From Mobula hypostoma (taxonomy: Eukaryota), in contig NC_086101.1 in assembly GCF_963921235.1 (NCBI RefSeq), positions 11,720,001 through 11,784,000 on the forward strand: a DNA stretch of 64,000 nucleotides, written 5' to 3'. The notes beneath the pieces are model-generated. The model was not told the origin of the DNA, did not search any database, and saw only the letters and a program-made list of their open reading frames with translations. Position 1 is the stretch's first letter; every line of letters starts with the position of its first letter. Shown in pieces: positions 12,666-24,400 of this stretch. The position numbers and the translations under genes were made by a program.

Positions 12666-13297
12666 TACAGACTGAATGTTGCCGGTCCTCTCGTCTTTAA
12701 ACATAGGGATCAAAAGATCGTGAGACATAGAAGCAGTATTAGGTCATTCGTCCATCGCATCTGCTCTGTCATTAGATAATGATTGGTTTATTTTCCCTCT
12801 GAACCCTATTATCCTGGCTCCTCCCCGTAACCTTTGAAACCCTTATTAATGAAGAACTTATCCATCTCCACTTTGAATATACCCAACGACTTGGCCTCCT
12901 CAGTCATCTATGGAAATGAACTGCCATTCCACCACTCTCTGGCTGAAGAAATTCTCCATCATGAATACAAGAGATTCTGCAGGTGCTGGAAATCCAGAGT
13001 AACACTCACAAAATGCTAGAGAAATCAGAACGTCGGGCAGCATCCACGGAAATGAATAAACAGACGGCGTTTCGGTTCGAGACCCTTCATCGGGATTGAC
13101 AGTCAGTCAAAAATTTCAGATTAGAAATTCTTCTTCATCTCCGTTTTAAAAGGACATCCTTCTGTTCTGAGGCTGTACCCTCTGGTCCTGGACTCCCCCA
13201 CTATTGGAAACATCCTCTCCACGTCCACTCTATCTGGGGTTTTATACAGAATGTGCGGGAGTGGTGGTAGAGGACATGAAAGACACTTAAGAAACCC

Positions 13298-14694
13298 TTT
13301 GAATCAGATTATACATAAAAGAAGTAATTTTTAAAATTTTTCCTTTTTGAATTAAGTTTCAATTTCATTAGGTTTCGGCAATAACATTGTTTGACCCAGT
13401 TTATCTCTTAGATAAGCCCTTATTTGAAAATAACAAAAGAAAGTGTTATTTGATATTTTATATTTATTCTTTAATTGTTCAAATGACATCAATATACCTC
13501 CTTCATAACAGTCTCCTATACATATAATCCCTTTTTGATACCAATTATATAAAAATCGATTGGCCATTGTAAAAGGAATAAGTCTATTTTGAATCAAAGG
13601 TCTCCTTGCTAATAAAGATTTCTTTATTTCATCATCAACATTTATCTTATTCCATAAATCAATCAAATGTTTTAATATAGGAGATTCTTTCTTTTCCCGT
13701 ATCCATTTAGATTCCCATTTATATATAAAATCTTCAAATGTATTTTCTCCTATCTTATCTAATTCTATTCTAATCCATGCCAGTTTTCGTTCGTCAAAGA
13801 AAGAAGCAATAAATCTGTTGATATCAAGGAATCCGTAAGTCAAGACAAAAATGGGAAACGGATTTGAATATTAATATTGATGAAACAAGTTGGTCAAGAC
13901 TATGTCTTGACAGTATGACAAATACAATAAATGTTCGACTCAGATTAGTACAATATAATTTTTTACTTCAATTATATATTACACCGCAAAAAATAAATAG
14001 ATTAAGTTCAAATTTATCTGCTCAATATTTTCGGTGCAATCAAGAAATTGGTACTTTTTTTACATTCTACTTGGTCCTGTTCCAAAATTCAACCTTTTTG
14101 GATAAATGTAAGAGTTTTATTGGAACAAATTATTGGAACTCAACTTCCACATAACCCAATATTATTTTTATTAGGTGACATTGAAGGGATAAAACCGAAA
14201 CTTAAATTGAATAAATAACAGAAAGAATTTATAAAAATTGCATTGGCAGTAGCCAAAAAGACTATTGCAGTTACTTGGAAATCGGATTCGTATTTAAGTA
14301 TGGATTGTTGGAATAATGAAATCTTTAGCTGTATTCCACTTGAAAAAAATTACTTATAATTTAAGGAATAAATATGATACATTTTTGAATATTTGGCGCC
14401 CTTGTTTACAAAAGATAGGATTGTATATATAGGTGCCTCGATGATAAAGACGTTGGTCCTTTGGGGAAAGAAACAAATACATATATTAAATTTATTTCGA
14501 ACCCCATGGAGCATGTGGAGACCTTCCAATATCCAGGCAGTCTTTCTTCTTTCTTTCTTTTTTTTCTGTTTTTTTTCTCTTTTTTTCTTTTTTTAGGTAG
14601 GGGTATGTATCGGGGGGGGTTAAGGGGAGGGGAGGGTAGATATTATTCTATGTAATCAAGTTTGAAAATTGAGTTTAAAAAATTATATTTTAAA
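13298..14694. mobile_element. L1-clade LINE, 5'-truncated with 5' inversion
   Basis: AT-rich ORF2 remnant on minus (13352-13814) abuts its continuation on plus (13815-14400; QYNFL..LYITP..FRC..H..W.C), A-rich tail, imperfect TSD AAGAAACYC. Confidence 0.8.
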
Positions 14695-14899
14695 AAGAAA
14701 CTCAATCACGTGAATGAAAACATATTCGAGAGTTATAGGCTATGTACGAGGTCTAGATTGACCGTGGAGTAAGTTTTCTGGTCAAGCAACTTCGTGGGCT
14801 GAAAGATACGAAATGTTCTATGTTCTGTATACGTCAGCGTATTACAAGAAACTCGATGTTGACTTTGACGTTGGGCATTTCTTATCGCTCTACCTTTCA

Positions 14900-15730
14900 C
14901 GGTTTTATACTTATAACTGATGGCTATGAAGCTCAGCACAGCCCCAATGCCATATTTAAATTTGCTGATGACGCCACTGTTGTTGGCCGAATCAACTGCA
15001 GTGACAAATCAGCATTTACGATGGAGACAAAGTCTGGCTGAGTGGTTCCACAATAACAACCTCTCAATGTCGGCAAGACCAAGGAGTTGATTATTAAACA
15101 GAAGGAGGAAATCGGAGATCCATGAGCCACTCCTCACCGGGGGATCAGAGGAGGAGAGGGTTAGCATCTTGAAAAATTCCTCGGTGTTATAATTTCAGAG
15201 GACCTGACCTGGGCCCAGAACGCAAGTGCAATTACGAAGAAAGCACGGCAGAGTCTCTGCTTCCTTAGAAGTTTGCGAGGATTCGGTATGATATCAAAAA
15301 CTTTGTCAAACTTCCATAGATGTGTGGTGGAGAGTATACTTATTGGTTTTATCACAGTCTGATATGGAAATACCAATGCCCTGGAACGGGAAGTCCTACA
15401 AAAAAGTAGCGGATATAGCCCAGTTCATCACGGCTAAAGCCTCCACCCCTCAATTAAGCGCTGTCGCAGGAAAGCAGCGTCCATCATTAAGGACACCCAC
15501 CATCCAGGCCATGCTCTCTTCTTGGTACTGCCATCAGGACGAAGGTACAGGAACCTCAGGACTCACACCACCAGGTTCACGAACAGTTACTACCCCGCAA
15601 CCATCAGGTTCCTGAACCAGTGGGAACTTTACTCGCCCCGTCACTGAACTGTTCCACAACCCATGAACTCACTTCAAGGACTCAATCTTACGTTTTCGAT
15701 ATTTATTGCTTCTTTATTATTGTTATTGTT
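14900..15730 (+). mobile_element. Rex1/Babar-like LINE 3' fragment
   Basis: IFKFADDATVVG RT motif and conserved C-terminus. Confidence 0.75.
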
Positions 15731-16228
15731 TATTTTTTTCTCAGCTCAAGCTGGTAAAACCTGAGGTACAGGCGTAACCAAGCACATTCATTTATCAATT
15801 GCTGGGAGCTTTCAGGCTATTCTAGTGGTGTTTAGTATTGTGGCTTTCTGAAGATTTACATAGATATCGCTGTGTGACTTTCGATGACGTTTTCCCTGTA
15901 TCCTGTCGTTAGTCGGCAATGTACGCGCATTATGTTTGCTTCTAATGACCATTTCACGCGTGTCTTTCTTCTCTAACTGCGTGAGTGGTCTCGGTTGTAA
16001 GTGGATGCTCCCTTGAGAAGCACTTGTAGCATTTGCAGCCTGGGATGTCGACGGGCTACTTTGAGCGTTTAACAGATCTCTTTCGGGTTTCCTAGTGCCT
16101 GCCCGCCTATTCAGCAGTGCACCACTAGCGGTTCGCATACTGTCACGTCCAGCGCTAGCGCCAGGCCGGATCACTCTCTTCCGCACACATCTCTCTGTTT
16201 CTAAAGCGAACGGGTATTGTTCTTAAAA

Positions 16229-16845
16229 ACGCAAACACGAGGAAATCTGCAGATGCTGGAAATTCAAGCAAAACACACAAAATGCTGGTGAACGCAGCAG
16301 GCCAGGCAGCATCTATAGAAAGAGGCACAGTCTACGTTTCGGGCCGAGACTCTTCGTCAGGACTAACTGAAAGAAGAGATAGTAAGAGATTTGAAAGTGG
16401 GAGGGGGAGGGGGAGAATCGAAATGATAGATCCCATTCCCATTCTGATATGTCTATCCACGGCCTCTACTGTCAAGATGAAGCCACACTCAGGTTGGAGG
16501 AACAACACCTTATATTCCGTCTGGGTAGCCTCCAACCTGATTGCATGAACATTGACTTCTCTAACTTCCGCTAAAGCCCCACCTCCCCTTCTTACCCCGC
16601 CCCTTATTTATTTATTTATTTATTTATTCTCATTTTCTCTCTCTCTCTCTCTCTCCCCCCCCCTTGCCTGCTCACCATCTTTCCCTGGTGCTCCCCTCCC
16701 CCTTTCTTTCTCACTAGGCCTCGCGCCCCATGATCCTCTCCCTTCTCCAGCCCTGTACCCCTTTTGCCAAACAGCTTTTCAGCTCAAAGCTCCATCCCTC
16801 CCCCTCCCACTTTCAAATCTCTTACTAGCTCTTCCTTCAGTTCCA
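16229..16845. mobile_element. Penelope-like element with inverted structure
   Basis: Plus-strand GIY-YIG C-terminus (DEATLRLEEQHLIFRLGSLQPDCMNIDFSNFR*) at about 16430-16575, inverted pLTR copy on the left, inverted repeat 16366-16412 vs 16796-16842. Confidence 0.82.
16329..16364 (-). ncRNA. Minimal type I hammerhead ribozyme motif (Penelope pLTR)
   Basis: AGTC-CTGACGA-AGAGTCTCGGCCC-GAAA-CG-TA-GACT: stem I AGUC/GACU, CUGANGA and GAAA boxes, GUA cleavage triplet, one stem II mismatch. Confidence 0.65.
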
Positions 16846-17736
16846 GAAGGGTTGTATGGAAACTATTATTACCATTTTTCTTATCAACTAATTTCATTAC
16901 TTAGCCTAATAGGTTAGATGTACCACAGTACATAATTATCTATTTAAATGTTTATTTTGCTTTTATATCATCTCAATGTGTACTTAAGAATGTATAAATA
17001 ATTGTAGTTTTATACATATAAAAAAATGGAAAAGGTAAACAAAAAGAAAATATGCTGACCAGAGGACCCCCAGCCTGTTGTTATTATTATTTTGTAGTTG
17101 CACTGTCTGTTGCCTTTTGCACATTGGTTGTATGTCCGTCCTGTTTGGTGCGTTCTTGGATTTACTGGGTATACCTTCAAGAAAATGAACCTCAGAGTTT
17201 TATATAGTGACATATATATGTACATTGATAATAAATTAACTTTGAACTTCATTGTGTTCTCTCTCTCTCTTTCTGTTTCCCCCTCTTTCTCTAATTGGTG
17301 TCTTTTTATATTCTTCTACGTTCACTCTCTGGAGCTTCAGAATGAAGTGTCCTCGACTTCAACTTTAAAGTTATCTGTCTTTCCCCAGATGCTGATAGAC
17401 CTCCTTAGTGTTTCGGTTTTGCATTCAGAGATGCAACGCCTGCAATTTTCAACAATAAAACAAAAACACTATGCTGCAACTTTTGACTGGAGCAAATGAT
17501 GGTATTCATTCGTGCCAGTTTACAGAAAGTGGAAAGAAAAGGCATTCGCCGTGCTTTAGGACCCGAGGGAGTTGGGGAGCTCGGCTGCGGCTTGCCCATC
17601 TGCCTTTCGCGGCAATTCATATAGGATTGTTTCAATCTTTAAATTTTCGCAAAACTGTTTATGTTCTGTTGAAGGATATAGTTATCACCTTAAAATTAAT
17701 AGATCTGTAGTTCATGCATCATATATATATATATAT

Positions 17737-17763
17737 TTTATTTACATCTACACGTAATTTATT
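17737..17763 (-). terminator. Candidate polyadenylation signals of TRIM B
   Basis: Two minus-strand AATAAA (17763-17758, 17742-17737) about 75-100 nt after the stop. Confidence 0.45.
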
Positions 17764-17838
17764 TCCAGACTCAATTCGGGATTTCTGGAGTAAATCGGAC
17801 CTAATTGGCGCTAACCTGTTGTCAACGGGATTCCTGCC

Positions 17839-18407
17839 TCACAGCCCCTGAGCCCCACTCGTGACGCTGGTCCCAGGACCTGACCCGTTTATATACACGG
17901 AGCAGATTTTCAGCCAACTTTTATCCCAAGTTTCCAAGAAAGGATAAAGTTTTCCCGTGAATTTATTTCCACTGAAGGTGTAGAGATGAGACTTGGTGTC
18001 CGCGTTGTAAAATGAAACTGTCCCGGGCTCGTAACTGAGATAAACTCCCACCCTCCCGGGGATGGGACCGGTAGGCAGAGGGGATGGCGTGGATGTTAAT
18101 GCATTGAACCCGTCATCAACACGTCCGATGATCCAGAATCCAGTCTTCGGGCTCAGCTCGACCCACCCCTTCCTCTCCACAGACTCAGCGGCGATTCCCA
18201 GACCCCAGCCCTGATTCCCCGCCACTTCCACCTCCCAGTAATGTCTCCCCGAAGTGAACCCCTCCGATCCCAGCACACAAGGACAGGCAGTAAACCTCTT
18301 CCCTCCATCAGGGAGCTCCCTCAGCGTCCGGATCCACCTCACACTTCTCCGATCCTCAGACACCTCGAGCCCCGGACCCGCCGTTTCCACATCCAGGGTG
18401 ACAGAGA
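17839..18407 (-). CDS. TRIM B exon 6 (PRY/SPRY, B30.2)
   Basis: [56 protein letters not shown] motifs; TGA at 17841-17839. Confidence 0.95.
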
Positions 18408-21400
18408 CTGGGGGGAGAAGCAGAGAATTAGAGAGTCCCCGGGGATCGGGGGGGGGGGGGGGAGACTCGGGCAGCGCGGCACCGGGAGCTGGTCGGAGAG
18501 TGGACGCTCAGCTTTAGCGTCCCACAGAAACTTTAGCAGTATTCACCAAACTTTATTGGGTAGAAAAGCAATACGAAGCTAATGTTCAGCCATTGGTATT
18601 TCCACAGACTGCGCCTAGTCTTTCAGTATTTCCTGTTTTATTTAAAATATCGTCAAAGATAGATTCGTGTGTCTTGCAGGCAGAGGTAGGGGCCATATTA
18701 GAGGTCGTTTGGGAGGGAGAAAAGGGGGAGGTCATGGAGAGGTACTGGAACAGTGAAGGAAGAGGGATGAATGGTATTGGGAGCCAAAGTGTGAGAGGGC
18801 TTGAGAGAGGTTAGGTAGAGATCGAATCCGCAATTATCGAGGCGATTCGAGGGTGGAGAATATTGAGGGCGACATGATGATTCAGGAGTCTGTGAGGAAG
18901 AGGGCGAGAAGCAGACAAGTATTCACGGGAGTAATTACTGGCACCAATGTGAAATACAGAGAGTGAGAATGAAAGTAAGAGGGGGTTGTAGGAGGGAGAT
19001 TAAAAGGAGAAGAGAGAGACAGATGTGAGAGAAGGTAAGAGAGAGAGAGAGAGAAGAGAGGGAGAGAAAGAGGGGAGAAGAGTTAGAGAGAGAACAGAGT
19101 GAGGGAGGGAGAAGGTGAGAGAGGGAGAAATCAAGAGAGGGAGAGAGAGTAGGAGAGAGAAAACAGAAGGGACAGGAATGTAGGGAGAGAGAGGGGAGAG
19201 ACGAGATAGGAGAAGAAGAAAGAGAGGGAGAGGTGGAGAGAGGTCATGAACATATATGAGTGTAATTCTGTTCGCTTACTGTGGACAGGTAATACTCTAC
19301 TGTGGTTTTAAAAGTAGCTCAGGCTTTTCTTTGCATTTTATCTGGATTGTGCACACCTACTTATGAATGTAAATAGTCACAACAGTCTCTACAATTCAGA
19401 AACAACTCTAATGGACACAACAGTGATCCAGGATAAAGGATGCTTTAGAGAATTCAGAAAATTTCACTGAGGATTTGAGGGAGAAAACCTAGGATTTCTG
19501 AAGAAACTCTTGATGATTAATTATTTTGGCAGAGGAAGGTGTTTTCAGACCACTAGAAAGCAGCAGGTCTTCCAGGAAGGGAGATAAGTGGGAGCTGCTG
19601 TATGATCACTGGGGCAGGAGCATCAAGGTTTAAAAGGCAGAGCTTCATGACAGTTTCTGTGAGTTGGGCTTCAACCAATCAATGAGAGGGAGTGAGTAGA
19701 AACAGGTCTGCAATCAATAGTTGAAAGGCAGATTCTCTGAGTTGGGCTGCAACCAATCAACAAGAGGGATTCATTAGAAAGGACGAATAAAAATTATGCA
19801 AGAGCAAGTGGAACAGCCATTTTTGGAGCAGCTATTATTTTGAGTGTGCCAGTGTCTCAAGTGACTTTGGCTCGCCAGGCTTGGGTGAGGAAAAGTATCC
19901 GGTAAGTTTCTCTCTTTTTGTTCATTCCTTTGTCTGTTAGGGCATAGCAGTATAGTGAGAATGGCTCCAGCAGTCTTGTGTGTGGGATGTGCAAAGTCTG
20001 GGAGACCTCCAGTCTCCCGGCTAAACACATTTGCACCCGTAACTTCCTGTCATTTCTCACGCAGGTCTTAGACGACAGCAAGCGGGAGAGTCTGGATCAA
20101 CTACTGACCCTGGACAAGTTCACAGGCTCCATCCGTTCCTTTGGGTCGGGTAAGACTCCCGGAAGCGACGGCTTACCGGCTGAGTTGTACTCGGCTCTGT
20201 GGAACTGGATGGGCCCAGACCTGCTGGAAGTGTACAACACTATGCTTCTGGCCAGCAGTATGTCAGAGTCCATGAGGAGGGGCATCATCACCCTCATCTA
20301 CAAGCAGAAGGGGGAAAGGGAGGACATTAGGAATTGGAGACCCATCTCTCTCCTGAATGTGGACTACAAGATCCTGTCCAAGGCTATCGCCAACAGGGTC
20401 AAGTCTGCTCTGGGACAGGTGATTCACACGGACCGAACCAGTGCTGTACCGGGCAGGAAGATCTCAGACAGCCTCGCGCTGCTGAGGGACACCATCGCCT
20501 ACGTGCAGGACAGGAGGGTGGATGCCTGCCTGGTCAGCTTGGACCAGGAGAAAGCCTTCGATAGGATATCGCACACATGCATGGTGGACGTTCTCTCCAA
20601 AATGGGATTTGGGGAGGGAATCCGGAATTAGATCAGACTGCTCCACACAGACATCCGTAGTGCAGTCCAGGTCAATGGGTGGGAAACAGACAGCTTCCCC
20701 ATCAGGTCTGGAGTCAGGCAGGGCTATCCCCTCTCCCCTGTCTTGTTTGTCTGCTGCATAGAACCCTTTGCGGAAGCCATCAGGAGGGATGAGGGCATAA
20801 GAGGGGTGACGCTGCCAGGCAGTGGAGGGACCCAAGTGAAAACCTCCCTGTACATGGACAACGTCACCGTCTTCTGCTCTGATCCGAGGTCAGTTTGCAG
20901 GTTGATTAGCATCTGTGAACAGTTCGAGCTAGCGTCGGGGGCCAGGGTCAATGGCACGAAGAGCAAAGCCATGCTCTTCGGCAACTGGCCCGACCAATCC
21001 AGCGTCCCCTTCACCATCAGGTCTGACCACGTGAAGGTGTTGGAGATCTGGTTCGGAGGGGCTGAGGCGTGCAACAAGAACTGGCAGGAGCGAACTGCTA
21101 AGGTGAAACAGAAACTGGGACTGTGGGGAGGGCGCTCCCTGTTGATAACGGGCAAGAACCTGGTCATCAGGTGTGAGGTGCTCTCAGGGCTGCTGTACTT
21201 GGTGCAGGTGTGGCCCGTCCCCCGCTCCTACAGCTCGGAAATCACCCGAGCTGTCTTCAGATTCGTCTGGGGATCCAAGATGAAGCGGGTGAGATGGACC
21301 ATCATGCACAAGTCCCTGGACAACGGGGGCAAGAACGTCCCCAATGTCGCCCTCACCCTGATGGCCAGCTTCGTGTGTGGCTGCATCAGGTTGTGTGTGG

Positions 21401-24400
21401 AACCCAGGTATGTGGGCACCAAGTACCACTATGTGCCCAGGTTCTACCTGTCACCCTGACTATGAAGGATGGGTCTGGCTCCACTCCCGCACAACGCCCC
21501 AGTCAGCTGGTCGTTGCCGGCATACCTGTCCTATGTAGCAAAGTTCTTCCAGGAGAACGCCTTTGACCACAGGGCCATCAGGCCGTGGTCAGCACGTAAC
21601 GTCCTGCAGGCACTGCAGGAGAAGGACGTGATGGACACAGTGGGGTGGTTCCCTGAGCAGACCGTCCAGTTCATCTGGCAAAATGCCTCATCACCAGATC
21701 TCACCAACAGGCACCAAGACCTCGCCTGGCTGGCAGTGAGAGGGACCTTCCCAGTCAGAGCCCTTCTGTATGCCCGCAACGTCGTCTCTGCACCCCACTG
21801 CCCACGGGAGGACAGCAGTGAGGAGGAGTCTGTGACCCACCTCTTTGCACACTGTCAGTTCGCAAAGAGGGTGTGGAGGAGGATGGATGGGCTAGTGTCA
21901 CGTTTCATCCCCAGCAGCTGCGTAACAGAGGACTCTCTGATCTACGGGCTGTTCCCGGGGACGCACACGGAGACCAACATCCGGTGCTGCTGGCAGATCA
22001 TCAACTCGGTGAAAGACGCTCTTTGGTCGGCCCGAAACTTGACGATCTACCAGCACATGGAAATGTCCGTGGGAGAATGCTGCCGACTGGCATAGTCTCG
22101 GCTGCAGGAGTACGTGCTGAGGGACGCACTGAAACTCGGTGCAGCCACCGCAAGGGCCCGGTGGGGAAGGACCACAGTATAGGTTTCTCCAACCGCGGGA
22201 GTGGGAGGGGTCAGGGGGCGGGGAGTATACCCCTCAACAATGATATGCTAAGCTGAACTACTGGAGTGCCACGTGGGTGGCTATAAATACGGATATGTAC
22301 AGACTATAATCGAAACGTATGTAAAGGATGGAAAGTTATTGAATGGTTTATTGTATATATTCATTTTTGAATAAAGTATATTTTGAAATTTAAAAAAAAA
22401 CACATTTGCACCAGATGCACTAAGCTGCAGTTCCTGAGGGAACACATTGAGGAGTTAGAGCTGCAGCTCGATGACCTTCGACACATATGGGAGAATGAGG
22501 ATGTGATAGACAGGAGCTACAGGGTGCTAGTCACCCCCAGTTTGCAGGAGACAGGTAACCGAGTGACTGTCAGGAGAAGTATGGGAAATGCACAGCCAGC
22601 ACAGAGTACACCTGTCAATAATAAGTATACAACATTAGATACTACTGAGGGGGATGGCCTTCTGGTGGTGGTGGGGGGGCGGGCGAAGCCACATTGACCG
22701 GCTCTCCAGCACTGAGTCTAGTGATGTGGCTCAGAAGAGCAGGGAGGTGAAGAGGACTGCAGAGATCACAGGCGATTCCATAGTCAGAGGAACAGAGACA
22801 AGATTCTATGGGCGCGAGGAGAGAAACCCAAATGGTATGCTGATTCCTGGTGTAGGGATCAGGAATGTCTCGGATCAGATCCATGGCATTTTCAAGGGTG
22901 ACGGTGGGCAGGCAGAAGTCTTGGTGCATATTGGCACCAATCACATAGGTAGACGAGGTGAGGAGATCCTGAAGAGAGGTTTTAGGGGGCTAGGTAGAAA
23001 GCTGAAAAACAGGACCTCCTGGATTGCTGCCTGTGTCATTGACAATGAGGTTAACAATAGGATGATTTGGCATATGACTGCATGGCTGAAGAACTGGTGC
23101 AGGAGGCAGGGGTTCAGAATTATGGATCATCAGGATCTCTTCTGGGCAAAATACAACCTGTGCGAATGGGATGGTTACACCTGAACCTGAGGGTGTCAAA
23201 TATCCTTGTGGTCAGGTTTGGTAGGGTTGTTTGGGAAGGTTTAAACTAATTTGACAGGGGTTGGGAAACAGAATGATAGTGCCGAGGATGAGGCAGTTGG
23301 GTTTACAAATGGAGTCAGTGTGCAGTGAGACTCCGAGCAAGGAGAGGATGATGATAGGGGAAAATTGCAGTCAACAGGATGAAATGCAATGCAAAAGATG
23401 GAAAAAATCAAAATGGGTGAATACAGGACTGACGGTGTTATACTTCAATGCATGCAGTATACTGAATAAGGTAGATGAACTGGCAGCACAGTTATAAATT
23501 AGCAGGTATGATGCTGTAGGCATCACTGAATCATGGCTGAAAGAAGATTATTGTAGGGAGCTTAACATCCAAGAATACACCTTGTATAAAAAGGACAGGC
23601 AGGAATGCAGAGGGAATGGTGTGGTTCTCTTGATAAAAAATGAAATCAAATCATTAGAAAGAGGTGACATAGGGTTGGAAGGTGTTGAATCGTTGTGGCT
23701 AGAGCTAAGGAACTGCAAGGGTAGAAACTCCCTGATGGGAGTTATATACATACCCCCCAAACAGTAATAAGAAGATAATCTACAAATTACAACTGGAGAT
23801 TGAAAATGCATGCCAAAAGGGCAATGAAGAATTCCAATATGTGAGTAGATTGGGAAAATCAGGTTGGTGCTGGATTCCAAGAGAGATTTCTGGAATGCTT
23901 AGAGATGGCTTTTTAGAGCAGCTCCTGGTTGAGCCCTCTAGAAGATCAGCTATTCTAGATTGGGTGTTGTGCAATGAACCAAATTGATTAGAGACCTCAA
24001 GATGAGAGAACCCTTTGGGGCAAGTGATCATAATATGATTGAATTCACCCTGAAATTTGAGAAGAAGAAGTTAAAGTCGGATATATCAGTACTACAGTGG
24101 AGTAAAGGGAATTAGAGGCATGAGAGAGGAGTTGGCCAAAATTGATTGGAAAGGAACACTGGCAGGAATAACGACAGAACAGCAATGGCTGGAATTTCTG
24201 AAAGCAATTCAGAAGGCACAGGATGTATACATCCCAAGGAGGAAGAAGAATCCTAAAGGCAAAATAGCACAACCATGGCTAACAAGATAAGTCAAAGGCA
24301 ACATAAAAGCCAAAGAGAGGGCATATAATAGAGCAAAAAATAGTGGGAAGTTAGAGGATTGGGATGTTTTTAAAAACCAATGGAAAGCAACTAAAACACC

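Noticed and set aside
18241..18582. Plus-strand ORFs over SPRY exons (also 64-303 and 52889-53186)
   Set aside because: Antisense shadows of the conserved PRY/SPRY coding sequence
19978..20631. Zn-finger-RT fusion protein ORF
   Set aside because: Artefact of the Tx1-like insertion landing in frame in CR1 ORF1; stops follow downstream
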